The notes beneath the pieces are model-generated. The model was not told the DNA's origin, did not search any database, and saw nothing but the letters and a program-made list of their open reading frames with translations. A DNA stretch of 64,000 bases from Christensenellaceae bacterium (GTDB taxonomy: Bacteria; Bacillota; Clostridia; Christensenellales; Borkfalkiaceae), in the NCBI GenBank assembly GCA_045655805.1, contig JAZOPZ010000015.1, positions 41,704 to 105,703 on the forward strand, given 5' to 3'. Below, in pieces: positions 37,507 through 49,275 of the stretch (positions are counted from its first letter, which is position 1; each line of letters starts with the position of its first letter). The translations under genes were made by a program, and so were the position numbers.

Positions 37507-37698
37507 TCGGCAAAAATTGCCTTTTAAAATCAATTAGTGTGTAAAAATTCTTGCATTTAAACTTTGTTTATGTTAAAATTATACTCGCTAAAATTCACAC
37601 CCGATTACGACTACGGCTTATCGTGCGATAAAAATCTATTCAATTATCGTGGTTGCCGAGCAAAAGCGTACGGGGAGGAATAAACGGAGGTATTTATT

Positions 37699-38454
37699 AT
37701 GGCAGTAATTTCAATGAAGCAATTACTCGAAGCAGGCGTGCATTTTGGTCACCAAACCAGAAGATGGAATCCGAAGATGAAAAAGTATATCTACGGTGAA
37801 AGAAACGGTATTCACATTATCAACCTTGAACAAACCGTTGAACTTATCGAAAAGGACGCATATCCTTTCGTAGTTGAAACCGTTAAAGCAGGTAAGTCTA
37901 TTCTTTTCGTAGGCACCAAAAAGCAAGCGCAAGAAGCAATTAAGTCCGAAGCAGAAAGATGCGGTATGTTCTATATCAATTCAAGATGGCTCGGCGGTAC
38001 TCTTACCAACTACAAGACCATTAAGTCAAGAATTGAAAGACTTAATAAGTTAAACGCTATGGAAAAGAGTGGTGAATTCGACCTTCTCCCTAAAAAAGAA
38101 GTTGCTCTTTTAAAGGGTGAAAGAGATAAACTTGAACTCAACCTCGGTGGTATTAGAGAAATGAGAAATCTTCCAGGTGCAATGTTCATCGTTGACCCAT
38201 CTAGTGAAGATATCGCTGTTAAAGAAGCAAGAAAACTCAATATCCCTATCGTAGCAATTACCGATACCAACTGCAACCCTGATGAAATCGACCACGTAAT
38301 CCCTGGTAACGACGATGCAATTAGAGCAGTTAAACTCATCGCATCAGTTATCGCTGACGCAGTTATCGAAGCAAAAGGTGGCGTTCAAATGGAAGAAGTT
38401 CCTGCTGAAGCAGTTACCGAAGAAGTTGCTACTGAAGTAGCAGATGCTGAATAA
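37699..38454 (+). CDS. rpsB: 30S ribosomal protein S2
   Basis: [22 protein letters not shown] start. Confidence 0.97.
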   Translation: MAVISMKQLLEAGVHFGHQTRRWNPKMKKYIYGERNGIHIINLEQTVELIEKDAYPFVVETVKAGKSILFVGTKKQAQEAIKSEAERCGMFYINSRWLGGTLTNYKTIKSRIERLNKLNAMEKSGEFDLLPKKEVALLKGERDKLELNLGGIREMRNLPGAMFIVDPSSEDIAVKEARKLNIPIVAITDTNCNPDEIDHVIPGNDDAIRAVKLIASVIADAVIEAKGGVQMEEVPAEAVTEEVATEVADAE

Positions 38455-38489
38455 TTCGGCACACTAAATTTTATTTGGAGGTAACACCT

Positions 38490-39353
38490 ATGTACACGAT
38501 GGAAGACGTTAAAATTTTAAGAGAAAGAACCGGCGCAGGTATTTCCGACTGCTCAAAGGCATTAAAACTTAACGATGGCGATATGGAAAAAGCAATCGAC
38601 TATTTAAGAGAAAAAGGTATTGCTACCGCTGCTAAAAAGGCTGGCAGAATTGCATCTGAAGGTATCTGCTATGCTGAAGTAAAAGGCAACACCGCAGTTA
38701 TGGTTGAAGTTAACTGTGAATCTGACTTCGTATCTAAAGGCGAACTTTTCGGTGCTTTTGCTAAAGAAGTTGCTGAATACATTTTTGCTAACGACGTAAA
38801 AGAAGTTGAAGAAGTTATCGATGCTATGCAACAAAAAACTACTGAAGCAATTCAAAAGATTGGTGAAAATATTAAAATTAGAAGATTTGTTAAGTACAAC
38901 ACCGTAAACGCACTTGATACTTACATCCATATGGGTGGTAAAATCGGCGTTATCGTTGAATGTTCACAAGGTATTAGCGCTGAAACTATTCACGACGTAG
39001 CACTTCAAATCGCTGCTGCTAAACCTTCATACGTAAGACCTGAAGAAGTTCCTGCAGAAGTTATTGAAAAGGAAAGAGAAATCTTACTCGCTCAAATTAA
39101 AAATGATCCTAAACTTGCTAATAAGCCAGAACAAATCATTGCAAGAATGGTTGACGGTAAAGTTAACAAGTATTATGATGAAAACTGCGTAGTTAAACAA
39201 GCTTTCATTAAAGATCCTTCAATGACCGTTGAACAACTTTTAGCAAAGGAAAACACTACGGTTGTTAAATTCACCCGTTTTGAAATGGGCGAAGGTCTTG
39301 AAAAGAAGAGCAACGACTTTGCAGCAGAAGTTGCAGCACAAATGAATAAATAA
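38490..39353 (+). CDS. tsf: Elongation factor Ts
   Basis: VKILRERTGAGISDCSKAL UBA-like N-terminus. GGAGG 8 nt before the ATG at 38490. Confidence 0.95.
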   Translation: MYTMEDVKILRERTGAGISDCSKALKLNDGDMEKAIDYLREKGIATAAKKAGRIASEGICYAEVKGNTAVMVEVNCESDFVSKGELFGAFAKEVAEYIFANDVKEVEEVIDAMQQKTTEAIQKIGENIKIRRFVKYNTVNALDTYIHMGGKIGVIVECSQGISAETIHDVALQIAAAKPSYVRPEEVPAEVIEKEREILLAQIKNDPKLANKPEQIIARMVDGKVNKYYDENCVVKQAFIKDPSMTVEQLLAKENTTVVKFTRFEMGEGLEKKSNDFAAEVAAQMNK

Positions 39354-39366
39354 TTATTTGTTAAAT

Positions 39367-39399
39367 TAAAAACCTTTCTCTTTTGGGGAAAGGTTTTTT
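39367..39399 (+). terminator. Intrinsic terminator after tsf
   Basis: AACCTTTC-N9-GAAAGGTT followed by TTTT. Confidence 0.75.
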
Positions 39400-39519
39400 G
39401 TTGCGAAAATTGTCAACTAAAATAAATTTATTTTAGAATTGCTTATTGTATGGACAAAACGGCAAAAAAAGTGTATAATATAAAAGATAGCGAATTATTC
39501 GCAAAATTAAGGAGCACTT

Positions 39520-40230
39520 ATGTTAAGTACCAAGTATAAAAGAGTAATTATTAAACTTTCGGGGGAAGCCCTTGCAGGTGAAAGTGGTAACGGTATTGAC
39601 GAAAAGGTTTTAAGTGATATTACCGACCAAATTAAAGCCGTTAAAGACCTTGGCGTTCAAATCGGTATCGTCGTAGGTGGTGGCAACTTTTGGCGGGGTA
39701 GGCAAGGTAAACAAATGGACAGCGCTACTGCTGACCATATGGGTATGCTCGCAACGGTTATTAACGCACTCGGCCTTCAAGACGCTTTAGAAAGAAAGGG
39801 CGTTCAAACTAGAGTTCAAACGGCAATAGATATTATAAAGGTGGCTGAACCTTATATTTTAAGAAAGGCTATTTCTCACTTAAGTAAAGATAGGGTGGTT
39901 ATCTTTGCGTGTGGTACGGGTAACCCACACTTTACCACCGATACGGCGGCTGCTTTAAGGTCTGCTGATATTGGCGCTGAAGTTTTATTGCTTGCAAAAA
40001 ACGTTGATGGTATTTACGATAGCGATCCAAAAACAAATCCTAATGCTAAAAAATTGGACGTCGTTACTTATAAAGAATATATCGAAAAAGAACTTAAGGC
40101 TATGGATACCACGGCAATTACCTTGTGTAAAGAAAACAATATTAAGGTGTTGGCTTTCGGTTTGTTTGAGGATAATGCGTTAGTTCGCGCCGTTACTGGT
40201 GAAAATATCGGTACTCTTATAACTCACTAG
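39520..40230 (+). CDS. pyrH: UMP kinase
   Basis: [13 protein letters not shown] start, GGGNFWRG motif. Confidence 0.95.
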   Translation: MLSTKYKRVIIKLSGEALAGESGNGIDEKVLSDITDQIKAVKDLGVQIGIVVGGGNFWRGRQGKQMDSATADHMGMLATVINALGLQDALERKGVQTRVQTAIDIIKVAEPYILRKAISHLSKDRVVIFACGTGNPHFTTDTAAALRSADIGAEVLLLAKNVDGIYDSDPKTNPNAKKLDVVTYKEYIEKELKAMDTTAITLCKENNIKVLAFGLFEDNALVRAVTGENIGTLITH

Positions 40231-40314
40231 TAGTACATATCGTGATTTTGGGTATTGACTAATTACGATTTAAATATTACAATAATATAGAAGATATTTA
40301 CAAGGAGCAAAAAA

Positions 40315-40890
40315 ATGGCTATTGAAAACGAACAATATGAAATTATTATGATGGATATGGAAGAAAAAACTGAAAAAACCGTATCTGTTTTAAAAAGCGA
40401 ATATGCAAACATCCGTGCAGGTAGAGCAAACCCACACATTTTAGATAAAGTTCTCGTTGACTATTACGGCACGCCAACGCCAATTAACCAAGTTGGTAAC
40501 ATTAGCGTTGCAGATGCAAGATGTTTAGTAATCGCGCCTTGGGATGCGTCAATGCTTAAGGTTATTGAAAAACAACTTTTAGCAGACAATATCGGTATTA
40601 CGCCATCTAACGACGGTAAAGTTATTAGATTGGTTTTCCCTGTTCTCACCGAAGAAAGAAGAAAAGAACTCGTTAAACAAGTTAAAAAGATGGGTGAAGA
40701 CAGCAAGGTTGCAATCCGTAATATTCGTCGTGACGCTATGGATGCGCTCAAGAAGATGAAAAACAACAAAGAACTTTCCGAAGACGAACACGCTACTGCT
40801 GAAAAAGAAGTTGAAAAAGTCATCGTTAAGGCTATCGAATTAGTTGAAAAAACTCAAGCAGATAAAGAAAAGGATATTTTAACGGTTTAA
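40315..40890 (+). CDS. frr: Ribosome recycling factor
   Basis: RAGRANPHILDKVLVDYYG...IRNIRRDA motifs. Confidence 0.95.
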   Translation: MAIENEQYEIIMMDMEEKTEKTVSVLKSEYANIRAGRANPHILDKVLVDYYGTPTPINQVGNISVADARCLVIAPWDASMLKVIEKQLLADNIGITPSNDGKVIRLVFPVLTEERRKELVKQVKKMGEDSKVAIRNIRRDAMDALKKMKNNKELSEDEHATAEKEVEKVIVKAIELVEKTQADKEKDILTV

Positions 40891-40891
40891 G

Positions 40892-41638
40892 ATGTTCTTC
40901 AAAAAAAATAAATCAGGTACAAAAGAGTGCGTCGTGGCTAGTGCTACGGCGCACAAAATCCCTACGCACGTAGCGATTATAATGGACGGCAACGGTAGAT
41001 GGGCAACTCTTAAAGGAAGGGCGCGCGCTCACGGACATAAAGTCGGCGCAAAAAACGTTGGAACGGTAGTGTCGCACGCTTTTAAAAAAGGCGTTAAAAC
41101 CGTATCTCTTTACGTATTTTCTAGCGAGAATTGGAATCGACCTAAAGAAGAAGTCGATAAACTTTTTGATATTTTAACTGAAAATTATAAACGCTATATC
41201 GACGATTTAGTTTCAAACGGAATTAAGTTAACTGTTTTTGGCGAGGTTGAAGTTTTGCCGTTCGACGTTCGCTCGGCAATACAAGACGCTACTCAAAAGA
41301 CGGCGGATTGCTCAAACGCTAATCTTAATTTGGCTATCAATTACGGTGGTCGGCAAGAGATTGTGTCGGCAGTCAATTCAGCCTTAAAAAGTGGGGAAGA
41401 GATTACCATTTCTACCATAGCACAGCATTTGTACACGGCGCCGTTTGGTGACCCTGAACTTATTATTCGTACAGGTGGTGAGCAAAGGCTTTCAAACTTT
41501 ATGCTGTTTCAGTCGGCTTACTCGGAATTTTATTTTACAGAAGTTTTATGGCCCGACTTTACCGAAGAAGAATTTGACAAGGCGCTTTTAAGTTTTTCTA
41601 ACCGTAAAAGGCGTTTTGGGGGATTAAACAATGAATAA
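40892..41638 (+). CDS. uppS: Undecaprenyl diphosphate synthase
   Basis: HVAIIMDGNGRWA and FSSENWNRP motifs. Confidence 0.95.
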   Translation: MFFKKNKSGTKECVVASATAHKIPTHVAIIMDGNGRWATLKGRARAHGHKVGAKNVGTVVSHAFKKGVKTVSLYVFSSENWNRPKEEVDKLFDILTENYKRYIDDLVSNGIKLTVFGEVEVLPFDVRSAIQDATQKTADCSNANLNLAINYGGRQEIVSAVNSALKSGEEITISTIAQHLYTAPFGDPELIIRTGGEQRLSNFMLFQSAYSEFYFTEVLWPDFTEEEFDKALLSFSNRKRRFGGLNNE

Positions 41639-42488
41639 ATTATTAATTAGAACTTTATCAGGCGCTGTTTTCGTGCTCGTAACTGTAGGTTTTTTCTTTT
41701 TAAGACTTATTGACTCAAGATTGTTTGATATTTACACGGCTTTTATTATGGTCGTTGGTAGTTATGAACTTTCTTCAAAACTGTTTTTTAAAAAACCCGT
41801 TCGCGAGGGTGAAGAACAAACTGAAAGCGTTTTTGCTGAAAAACTTATTTTTATAGTTTCGATGCTTTCGGCTCTTTTAGTAGTGCCTGCTTACGATGTT
41901 TTTGGCGTAGTTACCGCCGTTAGCGTAATTTTGGCTGAAATTTTTGTCAACGCGTTTATTGTGCTTTTTGCAAAACTCGGCAAAAATACTTTCTTAAAAA
42001 CTTTGCTCTCGGCAATATATCCAAAAGTTTTGGTTTCGGCGTTGCTTATCGCTAATTCGTTATGCGCTAATTCACTTTTGGCGCTAGTGCTTATATTCGT
42101 CGTTGCCCCTGCAACAGATACCTTTGCATACCTTGTTGGTTGCTCTTTAAAAGGTCCAAAACTTTGCCCTAAAATCAGCCCTAATAAAACTATTTCGGGC
42201 TCGGTAGGGGGGCTTATCGGTGGCGTAGTGGCGTCGTTTGTTGTGTTTTTTATTATTAAACCCGTTACCTCGTTGCAAACCCCTGTGGTAGTGCTATTGT
42301 TCGCTGTTTTAGGTTTGGTAGGTTCAATGTTAACGCAAATCGGTGACCTTACCGAAAGTTATATTAAACGCCGTTTGGGTATTAAAGATATGGGCAAAAT
42401 CATGCCTGGTCACGGTGGCGTTTTAGATAGAGTTGACGGTGTAATTTTCAACGCCGTATTAGTAACTTTAATTATAGGTTTGTTATAA
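41631..42488 (+). CDS. cdsA: Phosphatidate cytidylyltransferase
   Basis: Polytopic protein with the C-terminal SxxKRxxxxKDxxxxxPGHGGxxDRxD signature. Overlaps uppS by 8 nt. Confidence 0.92.
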   Translation: MNKLLIRTLSGAVFVLVTVGFFFLRLIDSRLFDIYTAFIMVVGSYELSSKLFFKKPVREGEEQTESVFAEKLIFIVSMLSALLVVPAYDVFGVVTAVSVILAEIFVNAFIVLFAKLGKNTFLKTLLSAIYPKVLVSALLIANSLCANSLLALVLIFVVAPATDTFAYLVGCSLKGPKLCPKISPNKTISGSVGGLIGGVVASFVVFFIIKPVTSLQTPVVVLLFAVLGLVGSMLTQIGDLTESYIKRRLGIKDMGKIMPGHGGVLDRVDGVIFNAVLVTLIIGLL

Positions 42489-42508
42489 AATATACCGTTT
42501 TAACTTAT

Positions 42509-42530
42509 AACGGTATCGTCAAAACGGTAC
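42509..42530 (+). repeat. Dispersed repeat, degenerate copy (AACGGTATCGTCAAAACGGTAC)
   Basis: First 15 nt match the consensus; the 3' half has diverged. Lies in the cdsA-dxr spacer next to the 8-bp inverted repeat ATACCGTT/AACGGTAT (42492-42516). Confidence 0.55.
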
Positions 42531-42534
42531 GAAT

Positions 42535-43671
42535 ATGAAAAAACTTGCTATAATTGGAAGCACGGGTTCTATTGGCAGACAAGTGTTACAAGTCGTTGAC
42601 GCTTATAAAAGCGATTTTGAAGTTTATTCGCTTACTGCAGGTGGAAATTCCTCGCTTTTATTTGAACAAATAAATAAATATAAGCCGACAGTCGCTACGC
42701 TTGAAAGTTCTTCCTTGCAAACTTTCGACGGCACTCGCTTTTTTTCGGGTAAAGACGCATACCTTTCAGCAATTACGGAAGAAGTTGATTTAGTAGTCGT
42801 TGCAGTAGTTGGGTTTGCAGGGCTTAAAGCAGTGCTTAAGGCGATTAAATTAAAAAAAGATATCGCCCTTGCTAATAAAGAGTGTTTAGTTGCCGGTGGT
42901 GGTTTGGTTATGGAAAATGCGCGTCGTAACGGCGTAAAGATTTTTCCAGTTGATAGTGAGCACAGTGCAATTTACCAAGCGCTTGGGCTTGATAAAAACA
43001 AACCGTTCAAACGCCTTATTTTGACGGCAAGTGGTGGCGCGTTCAGAGATTTAAGTTTGGATAAATTATCTCGCGCAAAGGCAAAAGATGCCTTAAAACA
43101 CCCTAATTGGGATATGGGCGCAAAGATAACCATTGATTGTGCAACGCTCGTTAATAAAGCGTTCGAAGTTATTGAAGCGCATTGGCTATATAACGCTGAT
43201 TATTCAAAAATAGACGCAGTTATTCATCGTGAAAGCATTATTCACTCCATGGTGGAGTTTGAAGATAATTCCGTTTTGGCGCAAATGTCTTATCCTACTA
43301 TGGAATTGCCTATTCAACTCGCACTATTTGATGGCGAAAGATTTTCTTCAACTGTAAAATCGCTTGATTTTACGGCAATCAAATCACTAACTTTTGATAA
43401 AATCGACAATCAAAAATTTCCTTGTTTTGACTTGGTTGTTTCAGCAGGCAAAAAGGGCGGGCTTTATCCTACGATAGCAAACGGTGCTAACGAAGTCGCT
43501 GTTAAGGCATTTTTGGAAGATAAAATTAATTTCACGGGGATCTATTCTCTCATAGAAGACGCCCTAAACGCATATACTTATACGGTGGATTATTCTTTGG
43601 ACGCCGTGCTTGACGCAGACCGTTTTGCAAGGGAATTCACTATAAATCAAATTAAAAAATATTATCGGTAA
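42535..43671 (+). CDS. dxr: 1-deoxy-D-xylulose 5-phosphate reductoisomerase
   Basis: IIGSTGSIG NADPH motif, LANKE and DSEHSA motifs. Confidence 0.95.
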   Translation: MKKLAIIGSTGSIGRQVLQVVDAYKSDFEVYSLTAGGNSSLLFEQINKYKPTVATLESSSLQTFDGTRFFSGKDAYLSAITEEVDLVVVAVVGFAGLKAVLKAIKLKKDIALANKECLVAGGGLVMENARRNGVKIFPVDSEHSAIYQALGLDKNKPFKRLILTASGGAFRDLSLDKLSRAKAKDALKHPNWDMGAKITIDCATLVNKAFEVIEAHWLYNADYSKIDAVIHRESIIHSMVEFEDNSVLAQMSYPTMELPIQLALFDGERFSSTVKSLDFTAIKSLTFDKIDNQKFPCFDLVVSAGKKGGLYPTIANGANEVAVKAFLEDKINFTGIYSLIEDALNAYTYTVDYSLDAVLDADRFAREFTINQIKKYYR

Positions 43672-43673
43672 TT

Positions 43674-44762
43674 ATGACGACACTTTTGCTCGCCGATTTT
43701 AAAGGTATAACGACCTATATTTTGTATATTTTCATAGCGATTTTGGTTTTACTCGTTATGATTTCGGTGCACGAATTGGGGCATTATATCGTCGGCAAAA
43801 TTTTCAAATTTAAAATAAACGAATTTTCAATAGGTTTTGGACCTGCAATTTTTAAGCGACAAAGGGAAGGTGGTGAACTTTTTGCTATAAGGGCAATCCC
43901 GCTTGGGGGCTATTGCGCTTTCGCTGGGGAAGATGAAGAAGCCGTTTGTGAAGGCGATTTCAACTCTAAAAAACCGTGGCAACGCATATTAGTGCTTATT
44001 GCAGGCGCTTTTATGAACTTTATAACTGCAATTTTGATTGCAGGGCTGTTTTTTGGAATATATGGTTGTCCAACCTATAAGGTGATGTCATACACGCCTG
44101 AAGGCAAAGAAACGATGCATCTTTCGGCCCCTTTTGAAGAAGAAGATATTTTAGTTTCCGTTGGTGGCAAAAACGTCTATATGCTTTCCGACGTGATGCG
44201 GGTTATTGAAGACAAAGGCGCGGGTGAAACCGTTCAAGTAGTGGTTTTACGTGATGGCAAAAAAGTGGATTTATTCGTAACCTTAAACGACGCTGATATT
44301 GAAAGTATCGAATCCACGGGTGAAACTTTAACAAAACTGGGTGTGCCTGCAATGTACGGTACTACCGTACGATTTGGCTTCTTTGAAATGGTTGGCAGAA
44401 CTTTCGAATACACTTTTAAGTTAGGTGCAACCATCTTTACAGTTCTTGGACAGTTGTTTACGGGTAAACTCGGCTTAAACGCTATGGGTGGGACGGTTAC
44501 TACTTTAACGACTACTGCGTCGGGCGTTCAAACTTACGGGCTGTCGTATTTATTGCAAATTTCGGCGTTAATCGGTGTAAACCTTGCTGTGTTCAATTTG
44601 TTGCCAATTCCTGCGCTTGACGGCTCAAAAGTAGTTTTTACTGCAATAGAGTGGGTTCGCAAAAAACCTATCAACCGTAAGATTGAAGCAATTATTCATA
44701 CCGTTGGTTTTATGTTACTTATTGGTTTTGCAATACTAGTGGATTTACAACACTGTTTTTAA
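43674..44762 (+). CDS. rseP: RIP metalloprotease RseP (M50 with PDZ domain)
   Basis: HELGHY in TM1, PDZ-like middle region, NLLPIPALDG motif. Confidence 0.93.
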   Translation: MTTLLLADFKGITTYILYIFIAILVLLVMISVHELGHYIVGKIFKFKINEFSIGFGPAIFKRQREGGELFAIRAIPLGGYCAFAGEDEEAVCEGDFNSKKPWQRILVLIAGAFMNFITAILIAGLFFGIYGCPTYKVMSYTPEGKETMHLSAPFEEEDILVSVGGKNVYMLSDVMRVIEDKGAGETVQVVVLRDGKKVDLFVTLNDADIESIESTGETLTKLGVPAMYGTTVRFGFFEMVGRTFEYTFKLGATIFTVLGQLFTGKLGLNAMGGTVTTLTTTASGVQTYGLSYLLQISALIGVNLAVFNLLPIPALDGSKVVFTAIEWVRKKPINRKIEAIIHTVGFMLLIGFAILVDLQHCF

Positions 44763-44779
44763 AGGGTTTATAAACTTCG

Positions 44780-44811
44780 CATAACTTCGTTACTGTTTCG
44801 CCTTACGACTT
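44780..44811 (+). repeat. 32-nt direct repeat, copy 1 (CATAACTTCGTTACTGTTTCGCCTTACGACTT)
   Basis: Identical to 44891-44922. Degenerate sub-copies of both halves lie between them, at about 44831-44871. Confidence 0.85.
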
Positions 44812-44890
44812 CGGCAACCAACAAGGTTTGCCTTATCCGTAAGTCTTCACGAGCCTCGTTCTGCTCGTTTCTAACCCCTTTAACTCTTAA

Positions 44891-44922
44891 CATAACTTCG
44901 TTACTGTTTCGCCTTACGACTT
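44891..44922 (+). repeat. 32-nt direct repeat, copy 2
   Basis: Identical to 44780-44811. Confidence 0.85.
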
Positions 44923-45071
44923 TGGAAAAAGCCGTGTTGATGCAACAAAAACGCTACTTTTCGGTAGCGTTTTTTAGTTAGATAAAAATTCTTCGTAAGA
45001 AGTATTATAAAAATATTAAAAAAAATTCAAAAAACTTTTTTCAAAGTCTTTGCATAGAAAAGAAATTGTGA

Positions 45072-46457
<1,386 letters not shown>

Positions 46458-46473
46458 TATCAAAAACAAAATT

Positions 46474-46503
46474 AAAAGGAGCATAGAAATATGCTCCTTT
46501 TTT
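46474..46503. terminator. Bidirectional terminator between convergent gdhA and the acyltransferase gene
   Basis: AAAAGGAGCAT-agaaat-ATGCTCCTTTTTT. Confidence 0.85.
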
Positions 46504-46513
46504 AATTGTCAAA

Positions 46514-47353
46514 TTATTCTTCAAAAGTGAGTGGTTCGCCGTAAAAAGATTCGTACGCGTCAACCCAAATTTTATAGTTCTTATCAAGCATTTGTTGAGA
46601 ATTTTCTTTATTAGATAAGTTAGCGTCAGGGTAGATTGCTGGAAAAAACTCAATATAATATTCCTGTACTAAAAAGCCATCGTCGTCTACGATATTGCTA
46701 TCTTTCATCTTAATAAATACCGGCAAAACGGGTACTTTGTTTGAAACCGCAATCTTGAACGCCCCTGGCTTTAACGGGCGTGGTTTGCGATAGTTCCACC
46801 ACATTGCTTGTTCAGGGTAAATTAAAATCTTTTCGCCACGTTCAAGCAAGGTTGCAACGCTTTTGTTAAAGTACTTCATAGTTTCCATACTAGAACTTAA
46901 AGGCAAAGTGTTGCAATGTCGCATCATAAGTCTAACTGGACCTTTAAAGTTGGTGTAGTTTGATTCTTTAATAACCTTAAAAAGTCTTTGTCTACGCTTT
47001 AATGCCGGTATCATTGCTCTATAAACGGCGTAGTTATCTCTTATGTTAAAATGATTGCTAGTTACTATAGCACCGCCCTTAACGGCTGACACGTTTTCTA
47101 GACCTTTAACTTCTTTGATAATGAATTTTTGTTTTTTAATCATTATTTCAAAATAAGTTTTACCAACGAAGTTCGCAATACCCGTCAAAATTTTGCTAGA
47201 TAACTTTTTGATAGTGTAGTCAACGTCTTTTGGTTTAATGGTAATAGCGGGATCATCTTCTTCAACGTCGTCGTTAAAGCGTTTGTTAAGTTCGTAATCT
47301 TTAATGCGTTCTAAAACTTTTAATCTGTCTTCGGCTTGTTTTATTTCTTCCAT
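46514..47353 (-). CDS. Lysophospholipid (1-acyl-glycerol-3-phosphate-type) acyltransferase family protein
   Basis: NHxxxxD motif (SNHFNIRD) and a downstream IYPEQ block. Confidence 0.65.
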   Translation of the reverse strand: MEEIKQAEDRLKVLERIKDYELNKRFNDDVEEDDPAITIKPKDVDYTIKKLSSKILTGIANFVGKTYFEIMIKKQKFIIKEVKGLENVSAVKGGAIVTSNHFNIRDNYAVYRAMIPALKRRQRLFKVIKESNYTNFKGPVRLMMRHCNTLPLSSSMETMKYFNKSVATLLERGEKILIYPEQAMWWNYRKPRPLKPGAFKIAVSNKVPVLPVFIKMKDSNIVDDDGFLVQEYYIEFFPAIYPDANLSNKENSQQMLDKNYKIWVDAYESFYGEPLTFEE

Positions 47354-47382
47354 AATAAATACCTTATTATTAGTTTACTACT

Positions 47383-48324
47383 TTATTTTTCCGCCGTCAA
47401 TTTATCGAACCATAATTTTTTGAAAGTGCGTTCACTTTTGCTAACTTGTTCAATGCCTTTGAGTAAATTTAAAAACATTTGATAGTCCTTTTGTTGGTCT
47501 TCGTCAGTATAACTTTTAAGGTTATCTAAAATGATATCGTAAAATTGACTTTCCTTTGCGTACGTCCAAAAATATTCACCGTTAATGGTGGTGTCGTAAT
47601 GCCAAGGTTTGTTCGCTAAAGCGTAGTGGCAAAGTTTTAATTCGCCCTCGGGTGGTTCAGGAAAACTATGCTTATTCCATCCCGTTGGTAAGTACTTGAC
47701 TTTACCGTGACAGATAACGTTTATGTATTCTTGGTCAGGGGCAAGACAGTCAAAGTTATAGGTTGTTAGCATATTTAAGAATTTATCTTGAACTTTAAAT
47801 TTTCTAAATTCTTTTAAGTTCATAACCATTACGCCAGAATTAAAATAGGTGTGTGGAGGTATGCCTATAACTTCTTTTACGTAGTTGGTAAAGCGTGGGT
47901 CTCTGTGCGTGTTTTGTTCGTAGATTGCGCCGACCAAATTCTCACCGATATCTTCGTCAAAAAGTTCTGCAATATCAGTTAAAAGTATAACGTCGCAGTC
48001 CAAATAGATAGCCTTATCATATTGTGGGAAGGCTTTTTCTATGAATAACCTATAATAAGCGGCAAGAGTATAGTAAAACATATCAGGCAACGTCTTTTTA
48101 ATAGGTTCTAACATATCTTGAACGTCGTAAAAACTAACCGAAAAGTTTTCCCTATTATGTCTTTTTAGTTTTGATTGATTTTCTTCGGTAATATTTGTGT
48201 TAAGTACCGTGATTTCATAATTATTGGTCGCTGACGCGTGTTTTGCTATTGAAACAAGTGCAACGTCAAGGTAAGGAACGTAATTGTCACTCGCCGCAAA
48301 AAATATAGGTATGGTTTTTGACAT
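47383..48324 (-). CDS. Glycosyltransferase family 8 protein
   Basis: IPIFFAASDNYVPY N-terminus, DxD (YLDCDVIL), FNSGVMVMN block. Confidence 0.78.
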   Translation of the reverse strand: MSKTIPIFFAASDNYVPYLDVALVSIAKHASATNNYEITVLNTNITEENQSKLKRHNRENFSVSFYDVQDMLEPIKKTLPDMFYYTLAAYYRLFIEKAFPQYDKAIYLDCDVILLTDIAELFDEDIGENLVGAIYEQNTHRDPRFTNYVKEVIGIPPHTYFNSGVMVMNLKEFRKFKVQDKFLNMLTTYNFDCLAPDQEYINVICHGKVKYLPTGWNKHSFPEPPEGELKLCHYALANKPWHYDTTINGEYFWTYAKESQFYDIILDNLKSYTDEDQQKDYQMFLNLLKGIEQVSKSERTFKKLWFDKLTAEK

Positions 48325-48525
48325 AATTTACTCCTTCGTGAAATATTTTTATAAGTTTTACACGGGTATAATACAAAATTTTATTAAATATTCCAAGAGA
48401 ATTTGTAAAACTGTATTCTCAAATTAGAATAGTCTATCGGACACCAACGTCCGATAACTCTCTCGCCACGCGAGAATTGCGTGATTTTTGTTGATTTTTG
48501 CTAAATTTTATGCTAAAATACGGAT

Positions 48526-49137
48526 ATGAAGAACTTGAGAGAAATTATTTCCACTAATCTTATCAACTTAAGAAAGCAAAACAACTTAACACAAATTGAA
48601 CTCGCAAAACAAATAAATTTTTCCGACAAGGCAATTTCTCGCTGGGAAAAAGGTGAGTGTTTGCCTGATATTGAAACGATTGAAAAGTTAAGTGAAGTAT
48701 TTAACGTGCCTATGTCTGCTATATTAGAAAGTCAAGACGGTGGGCATAAGGTAGTAAGTACTAAACCAACCAAACAAGAAGTTTTATCTCAAATATTTTT
48801 GATTTGTGAATTGTGGGTTATTTTATCAGTTATTTACGCTTATGTTAACGTTGCCAAAGGTAAAAATATGTGGCAAATTTTCGTTTGGGGTGTTCCGGCG
48901 ACGGCGTTTGTGGTTTTCTTCCAAAATAAAAAGAACCACAATAACATAATCGGGTTCGTTTCTGCAACGGTGTTTATTTGGACTTTTATAACTTCACTCT
49001 TTTTGCATTTGATTGAATCGTGTCCGTGGTACTTTTATATTTTGGGCGTCCCAATGCAAGGCATGTTAATAGTTAGATATATATTTAACTATAAACAGAA
49101 GAGCATTCTAAAGGAAAAGTTAAAGAAAACTGAATAG
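48526..49137 (+). CDS. XRE-family HTH protein fused to a 3-4 TM membrane domain
   Basis: LRKQNNLTQIELAKQINFSDKAISRWEKGE HTH, followed by hydrophobic helices. Confidence 0.78.
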   Translation: MKNLREIISTNLINLRKQNNLTQIELAKQINFSDKAISRWEKGECLPDIETIEKLSEVFNVPMSAILESQDGGHKVVSTKPTKQEVLSQIFLICELWVILSVIYAYVNVAKGKNMWQIFVWGVPATAFVVFFQNKKNHNNIIGFVSATVFIWTFITSLFLHLIESCPWYFYILGVPMQGMLIVRYIFNYKQKSILKEKLKKTE

Positions 49138-49275
49138 TTTTAATCAAAGTGGGTTTATCTGTGATAAATCCACTTTTTAGTTAATAATTTAGACTTTGCT
49201 ATTGACTACCTTTTATCGTCGTGATAAAATAATAACGGCTTTGTTTAAGGTCTTAATAAAATATCATGGTGGGTT

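Noticed and set aside
44780-44922. 32-nt direct repeat pair considered as a CRISPR array or as a loxP-like site (ATAACTTCGTTA resembles the loxP arm ATAACTTCGTATA).
   Set aside because: There are only two repeats with a 79-nt spacer that itself contains repeat fragments. There is no inverted second arm as in lox sites and no recombinase or cas genes. It is kept only as an unexplained repeat.
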